From: Marinicella sp.
GTDB lineage: Bacteria > Pseudomonadota > Gammaproteobacteria > Xanthomonadales > Marinicellaceae
Assembly: GCA_965230295.1 (NCBI GenBank)
Contig: OZ246001.1
Span: 2,048,001-2,112,000, forward strand
Reading direction: 5' to 3'
DNA: 64,000 nt
The translations under genes were made by a program, and so were the position numbers. The notes below the pieces were generated by a model. The model searched no databases. It was not told where the DNA came from and saw only the letters and a program-made list of their open reading frames with translations. Shown here one piece after another: positions 58,459-64,000 of the stretch. Position 1 is the first letter of the stretch; every line of letters begins with the position of its first letter.

Positions 58459-58941
58459 ATGAAATACCAACTCGCCCAACTCAACATTGCTCAATTTCGC
58501 TTACCACAAGAACACCCTGCCAATGCTGATTTTGTCAACAACCTGGATCGGGTCAATGCCATTGCGGAAACGCAGCCCGGATTTGTTTGGCGCTTCACCG
58601 GTTCAGGCAATGATGCCTTGGATGTCCAGGCTTTTGAAGATCCTAACATTGCTGTGAACATGTCTGTTTGGACGGACATCAGGTCGTTGGTCAAATTTGT
58701 TTACCGCAATGATGAGCACAAGCAAATCATGCGCAGACGCAAAGAATGGTTTGATAAAATGGCATTTCATATGGTGTTGTGGTGGATTGAAGCCGATCGT
58801 TTACCCACTTTGGAAGAAGCCAAAATACGACTTGAGTTATTGCGTCGTAACGGCCCATCCTATGCGGCCTTCACTTTTAAACAACCCTATGCACCGCCCA
58901 CTGGTGAGCTGTTGAACCCATTCAAAGATGAATGCGCATGA
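58459..58941 (+). CDS. DUF3291 family protein
   Basis: LAQLNIA, PGFVWR, NMSVW, RRKEWF, VLWW. Confidence 0.85.
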   Translation: MKYQLAQLNIAQFRLPQEHPANADFVNNLDRVNAIAETQPGFVWRFTGSGNDALDVQAFEDPNIAVNMSVWTDIRSLVKFVYRNDEHKQIMRRRKEWFDKMAFHMVLWWIEADRLPTLEEAKIRLELLRRNGPSYAAFTFKQPYAPPTGELLNPFKDECA

Positions 58942-58992
58942 TTGGGTTCAAATGACATACCCAATAAACTTATAAAATTTTTAGGAGCATAA

Positions 58993-59466
58993 ATGAAAAC
59001 CCAATATAGATTTTTAATGGTCGCTTTTGTTCTGGTCAGCCAGACAAGCTTGGCCAGTGATGAGGCTGTGTTTAAGCCGGTCAATGACCTGTTCTTGGCC
59101 ATGTCAAACATTGATCATGACAGAATGAAAGCGGAAGTGACCGAAGACTTTTTGTTGTTGGAGCATGGCGAAGTGTGGACCATGGGTGATTTAATGGCTG
59201 TGGTCAAACCTTCAGACTACAAAAGAACCAATTATTTCAGTGTGATCAACATCAACCATCAAGACAACATGGCCTGGATTAATTATTGGAACAAAGCCAA
59301 TTTCGATAACCAGAAAAACAGTGAAGATGTGGTTTGGCTGGAAAGTGTGGTTATGGTCAAGAAATCAGGTGACTGGAAAATTGCACAAATGCACTCCACA
59401 AGGTTAGAGCCTAAAAGGGTTCCCAATGACATTGATTTCATCAAACAGTCGATTGATTATAGATAA
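58993..59466 (+). CDS. Secreted NTF2/SnoaL-like protein
   Basis: Signal peptide; DFLLLEHGE, WLES, WKIAQMHST. Confidence 0.75.
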   Translation: MKTQYRFLMVAFVLVSQTSLASDEAVFKPVNDLFLAMSNIDHDRMKAEVTEDFLLLEHGEVWTMGDLMAVVKPSDYKRTNYFSVININHQDNMAWINYWNKANFDNQKNSEDVVWLESVVMVKKSGDWKIAQMHSTRLEPKRVPNDIDFIKQSIDYR

Positions 59467-59530
59467 GTAAGCCAAATGAGTTGAAAACTAGACTCAAGTC
59501 ATTTGGTGGATTCATTGAATAGTATTTACC

Positions 59531-60019
59531 ATGAACATCAGAACAGCAACCAAACAAGACTGGAATTCGATTTGGCCAATTTTGCGCGAGATTGTGCAAG
59601 CCGGTGAGACTTATGGTTTTGATCCCAATATCAGCCAAGCACAAGCCGAGCAAATCTGGATGGAAGCTCCCCGCAATACCTATGTGGTTGAGGAGGGTGA
59701 CCAAATATTGGGCACTTATTTTCTGAAGTCCAATCATGGAGGCCCAGGTGGTCACGTGTGTAACTGTGGCTATATGGTGTCTCCTCAAGCCCGCGGCAAA
59801 GGACTGGCCACTGCCATGTGTGAACATTCACAACAGCAGGCTGTGGCTTTGGGTTATCAAGCCATGCAGTTTAATTTCGTTGCCACCAGTAATGAGGGTG
59901 CTGTAAGACTGTGGGGAAAGCTGGGTTTCGAAACCGTAGGCCGCTTGCCCAAGGCATTCAAGCACCCAACTAAAGGGTATGTTGATGCCTTGGTGATGTA
60001 TAAATGGTTGGCTGAATGA
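59531..60019 (+). CDS. GNAT acetyltransferase
   Basis: ARGKGLA, MQFNFV, GRLPKAFKHP. Confidence 0.9.
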   Translation: MNIRTATKQDWNSIWPILREIVQAGETYGFDPNISQAQAEQIWMEAPRNTYVVEEGDQILGTYFLKSNHGGPGGHVCNCGYMVSPQARGKGLATAMCEHSQQQAVALGYQAMQFNFVATSNEGAVRLWGKLGFETVGRLPKAFKHPTKGYVDALVMYKWLAE

Positions 60020-60170
60020 TGCCGGGAATGAATCATCTCTTTGTCACTTAATTGGAGCTCCTGACGAAAAAATGTGTCGAAATGCTGGGCCTTCGGTGTG
60101 CAATCATGCATACTGGAACTGCGAACGAATGAATCCGCGATTGAAAATATAACTTAAAGGGGAATTGCAG

Positions 60171-60530
60171 ATGAAACACTTCATTAAACCATGCATGTTG
60201 ATAGGCATCATCTCACTGAGTGCCTGTGCTGCAGAAAAAAATCAACAAGAGACAACAGCAGCCATTGAAGAAGTGGTGTGGCAAGCAGGAGCAGATGTCG
60301 AAAAATTTTGGCAGCAGTACGCTGATACAAAAGGTGGATTGACATGGGGTCAGTCGATCACATACCCAGCCTATGAACAAGTCAAAGAAGGCGATACGCT
60401 GATGATATTACTCGACCAAGGCCCCTGCCTGATGGAGTTTTTCCACAGCCGCTGGCGCCGAGCCAATGACGTGTGGCGTTGGGATGACTCGATCAATGAG
60501 TATGGTGGTTGTCCGTTTGTGTTTGATTAA
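60171..60530 (+). CDS. Hypothetical lipoprotein
   Basis: Lipobox LSAC. Confidence 0.65.
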   Translation: MKHFIKPCMLIGIISLSACAAEKNQQETTAAIEEVVWQAGADVEKFWQQYADTKGGLTWGQSITYPAYEQVKEGDTLMILLDQGPCLMEFFHSRWRRANDVWRWDDSINEYGGCPFVFD

Positions 60531-60643
60531 GGGTTGAAAATCCAGTAGGGTTAACCAACAAATAGCACTGCAGGTAAGTACTTGGCTGGCAAGTTAGGTA
60601 TATTTGGCACATAATAGAAGTTAATGGCATCAGCGAGATTCTT

Positions 60644-61276
60644 ATGAAGTTAGCAACGATAATCATTTTAGTCCTTATGATCGGTCAGCTTGCTGCCAGT
60701 CAAAAAGCCGTTACTGAACAAGGAAAAGTGGTCATTCTCAATGACAATGGCACTTGGCAATATGAAGATGAGGCCAGGCACGTAGAACCTGAACTGACCA
60801 TCAATCCCGGTACTTTTAACACCCATGCCGAAGCCGACTTTGTCCTACAAAGCGCAAAGACTGACCCAACATTTGCCATCAATCCCAATGAGTGGTTATT
60901 CAACAAGAGCGAGAACGGGGAAGATGCAGCAGAATATTATTTTCAGCGCAAGGGCGCGGATCTTTATGCCATGGCCATCACAGAGCAAATAGAAATTGAT
61001 GTGCAGGAGTTGGCCAAAATTGCATTTGAAAATGCCAAAGCAGCGGCACCCGATTCCAGGGTTGTGAAAAAAGAATATCGCACAGTCAATAACAAGCAAG
61101 TCATTTACATGGAAATGACTGGTACCATTCAAAGCATTCAATTTAAATACCATGGTTATTACTATTCGAATGCCTCTGGTTCAACGCAGTTGATTGCTTA
61201 TACTGGCGTTAATTTAGTGGACAAATATGCGGACGATATCAACCTGTTCCTGAATGGATTTTCAAGTGGTCAATGA
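60644..61276 (+). CDS. Secreted hypothetical protein (DUF3157-like N-terminus)
   Basis: Signal peptide; TEQGKVVILNDNGTWQY. Confidence 0.6.
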   Translation: MKLATIIILVLMIGQLAASQKAVTEQGKVVILNDNGTWQYEDEARHVEPELTINPGTFNTHAEADFVLQSAKTDPTFAINPNEWLFNKSENGEDAAEYYFQRKGADLYAMAITEQIEIDVQELAKIAFENAKAAAPDSRVVKKEYRTVNNKQVIYMEMTGTIQSIQFKYHGYYYSNASGSTQLIAYTGVNLVDKYADDINLFLNGFSSGQ

Positions 61277-61756
61277 CGCAGTTATTCAAAGTGACATTCA
61301 TCTTGGGTGGTCGACTTCAGTCGACCGGATAGTTTACTGGTTTGATTGACATCAACGCTTCATCATGTGTTGTACAAATAGTCTTATGGAACTGATCGCA
61401 GTATTATTGAATTAATGATTGATTGGTTATAAAACAAAATAACAGATGTCCGCAGATCAGAAACACAAATGACATACCTCAACTTGAACGATCTATCTAA
61501 AAACACGTCTTGAATCGACTGGTTATTTGTACATTCTTTATGACAACCACCGCGATCACGAGACTTAATGCCTTCGAGTATCCGAAACCTTAATCAGATT
61601 CATTTTCGTTAGAAGCCTTGATGTTGGATGGCCCTGAATTACATGAATCTTTGCAGGCACAAAAAATCAGGCTTTCTTTTCGGCCCAATGATTTCGCCAA
61701 CCACTTAAAGAATTAATTGAGGGACAAGCTTTAGATTGCCCCTTCACGTTTCGAGT

Positions 61757-62296
61757 TTAAAACACCCCATTGGCATTTCGGATCTTACCACCGCTGAGCA
61801 GTGAATTGAGCCGCATCATGGTGTCCAGCGCTTGTATTGAATCCCAGTGCTCGACGATTTTACCGTCTGCAATCCGCCAGGTATCGATGATATTCAAGCC
61901 CTTTTGGTCATTGCCCCTGTGGGCCTTGTGTAAGGTCGCATGAGAATGAAAAATGACATAATCACCATCGGCAAAGATGTGCTTCACGTCATAGGTGTAA
62001 TCAGGGTACTTAACTACCAATTGTTGTAAAAAGCCCACCAATCCGGTGACTTTGTTGGGTATGTTGCGGTTGTGTTGGACATATGAGCTGTCGTTGTAGT
62101 GTTGTAGAACGTAGTCGAAGTCATGGTTGTTCATGAGGTGTTGAACAAAGTCGGTGATCAACTCAACGTTTTTCGTTTCTTGTACAGACCAACTGGATTT
62201 GTGTAGTCCTTCCAAATCGATGGTGATGTTGTCGTCAGCTGAGTGAGCGACAGAGCTGGTTAAAACTGACAATAATGGGGTGATGATTTTCCACAT
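61757..62296 (-). CDS. SnoaL-like/NTF2 family protein
   Basis: YVQHN, DGDYV..H, DTWRIADGKIVEHWD; signal peptide. Confidence 0.85.
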   Translation of the reverse strand: MWKIITPLLSVLTSSVAHSADDNITIDLEGLHKSSWSVQETKNVELITDFVQHLMNNHDFDYVLQHYNDSSYVQHNRNIPNKVTGLVGFLQQLVVKYPDYTYDVKHIFADGDYVIFHSHATLHKAHRGNDQKGLNIIDTWRIADGKIVEHWDSIQALDTMMRLNSLLSGGKIRNANGVF

Positions 62297-62448
62297 AATA
62301 GGCTCCGGTTAAATAAATGATTAATACGATGGTATAAATTTGGCACTATGGTATAAAATAGTAACTAGCATTACAAGAAGGCACTAATGTGTGACCTGGT
62401 TACCAGTCAGTAACCCTTGGTTCAATCAATCCATAGGAGTAACAACAA

Positions 62449-62829
62449 ATGGTCGTCAAAGTTCAAGCAGATAGGCGGGTGTTTTATAACAATGAAGAAT
62501 GCCCCATCCGTGATGTCGTGTTAAAAATATCAGATAAGTGGTCAATGCTCATATTATTTGCCTTGGCTGATGGCGCCGATCGATTCAATTCGCTCAAATC
62601 AAGAATCATTGGTATCTCTCAGCGGATGCTGACCCAAACCCTCAGGAATCTGGAACGCGAGGGTTATGTAAACAGAACAGTCTTTCCAGAGGTTCCTGTT
62701 CGGGTTGAGTATGAGTTGACTGACTTAGGCCAAGATCTGATCAAACCCATATACCAGCTGGTTTCATGGGCCGGTGAAAACCATGAAACGGTTAAGCTGG
62801 CCAGAGTGGCTTTTGCGGCAAGGGATTGA
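62449..62829 (+). CDS. HxlR family transcriptional regulator
   Basis: CPIR, DKWS, ISQRMLTQTLR, VEYELT; palindrome GGTTAC-N6-GTAACC upstream (62398-62415). Confidence 0.9.
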   Translation: MVVKVQADRRVFYNNEECPIRDVVLKISDKWSMLILFALADGADRFNSLKSRIIGISQRMLTQTLRNLEREGYVNRTVFPEVPVRVEYELTDLGQDLIKPIYQLVSWAGENHETVKLARVAFAARD

Positions 62830-62888
62830 TCCAGTGATGGCTGAATGCATGGTGTTATAATGATTGAAGTTAACAAGTGGGCAAAACA

Positions 62889-63242
62889 ATGAATTATGTT
62901 GATGGTTTTGTGGTTGCAGTGCCCAATGAAAACAAAGCACTGTACCTTAAACATGCCACCTTGGCTGCTGAGGTATTTAAAGATCATGGCGCTTTACATG
63001 TGGTCGAAACCTGGGGTGAGGATGTGCCTGATGGTGAAGTGACTTCATTGCCAATGGCTGTTAAATGTAAAGCCGATGAAACCGTTGTTTTTTCCTGGGT
63101 TACCTGGCCTTCCAAAGCAGCACGAGACTCAGGTTGGCAAAAGATTATGGAAGACCCGCGAATGCAACCAGACGAAAATCCCATGCCATTTGATGGCAAG
63201 CGGTTGATTTATGGTGGCTTCCAGAAAATTTTGGAGGTCTGA
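62889..63242 (+). CDS. DUF1428 (YbaA-like) protein
   Basis: YVDGFV.AVP, ETVVFSW, MPFDGKRLIYGGF. Confidence 0.9.
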   Translation: MNYVDGFVVAVPNENKALYLKHATLAAEVFKDHGALHVVETWGEDVPDGEVTSLPMAVKCKADETVVFSWVTWPSKAARDSGWQKIMEDPRMQPDENPMPFDGKRLIYGGFQKILEV

Positions 63243-63259
63243 ATGCAAGCACTGATGGT

Positions 63260-64000
63260 ATGAAAATTCTGATCACAGGAACAGCCGGCCGGGTGGGGCG
63301 GGCCATTTATTCCAAGTTGATGCGGGAGCATGAAGTGGTAGGCATGGATCGCACTCCCTGTTCAACGGCTGATTATTTGGGAGACATCCGTGATGAGGCA
63401 CTGTTACAACAAGCCTTAAATGGTGTCGATGCAGTTATTCACACCGCTGCCTTGCATGCGCCTCATGTGGGATTATTACCTGATGATGAATTTGATTCCA
63501 TCAATGTCAAGGCCACTGAAAAACTGGCCTTGTTGGGTTCAGAGCAAGGCATCAAGCACTTTATTTTCACCAGCACCACGGCATTGTATGGCCATGCCTC
63601 CACCCCTGAAGGGATTGCAGGTTGGGTGGATGAAAGCGTGGTTCCACAACCCAAAACCATTTACCACAGATCTAAAATCAAGGCAGAAAAACGCTTGGAA
63701 AAAATATCCCATGTGTTCAATCTGCCGGTGACAGTTTTGCAAATGTCCCGCTGTTTTCCTGAACCTGCCGATTTGATGGCGGTGTACCGTTTGTCACGTG
63801 GGGTGGACGCCCGTGATGTGGCTCTTGCACATGCCTGTGCTGTGGAACAAAGGCCGGCCGGATTCAATCGATACATCATTTCGGGACAGACGCCATTCAA
63901 ACGTGAGGATTGTCGACAGCTGTATGAAGATGCACCAGCACTGATTCAAACCCTTGAACCTGAATTAATAAAGACATTTAAACAGCGCGGCTGGAATTTG
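63260..64000 (+). CDS. NAD-dependent epimerase/dehydratase (runs off the window end)
   Basis: MKILITGTAGRVG, HTAALHAPH, TSTTALYG, YHRSK; not in the ORF track because it has no stop in the window. Confidence 0.85.
   Translation, partial: MKILITGTAGRVGRAIYSKLMREHEVVGMDRTPCSTADYLGDIRDEALLQQALNGVDAVIHTAALHAPHVGLLPDDEFDSINVKATEKLALLGSEQGIKHFIFTSTTALYGHASTPEGIAGWVDESVVPQPKTIYHRSKIKAEKRLEKISHVFNLPVTVLQMSRCFPEPADLMAVYRLSRGVDARDVALAHACAVEQRPAGFNRYIISGQTPFKREDCRQLYEDAPALIQTLEPELIKTFKQRGWNL

Noticed and set aside
61280-61750. 470-bp gap as a possible pseudogene or RNA gene
   Set aside because: Only a short palindrome (GGTCGACTTCAGTCGACC) and broken frames; nothing I can support

Overview
A 64-kb chromosomal window of a moderately AT-rich bacterium. 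Gene content suggests a marine gammaproteobacterium, possibly Marinicella/Xanthomonadales-like (inference only). It carries about 65 protein genes; I recognised no rRNA, tRNA, CRISPR array, integrase or transposase. Main blocks: TRAP permeases, AlaX, an RND/MFP pair, a GGDEF protein, a complete but rearranged his operon (hisG, hisC::HAD, hisB, hisH, hisF, hisA::hisIE, hisD), umuDC, an arsR-arsC-acr3-arsH operon, puuE, a GH18 enzyme and many small accessory genes. Best signals: (1) two complete His-leader-peptide/terminator attenuators in series upstream of hisG, the first apparently leaderless; (2) four unrelated secreted proteins ending in a shared D-x-I-F-x-x-x-F-[ED] tail, a candidate sorting signal; (3) HisC-phosphatase and HisA-HisI-HisE fusions; (4) eroded integron-type cassettes with attC-like sites but no integrase; (5) a bilobed pepsin-like protease; (6) several non-coding repeat families (a MITE, REP-like palindromes, and a modular repeat with CsrA-consensus hairpins). 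All family calls come from reading motifs by eye; no database search was run.
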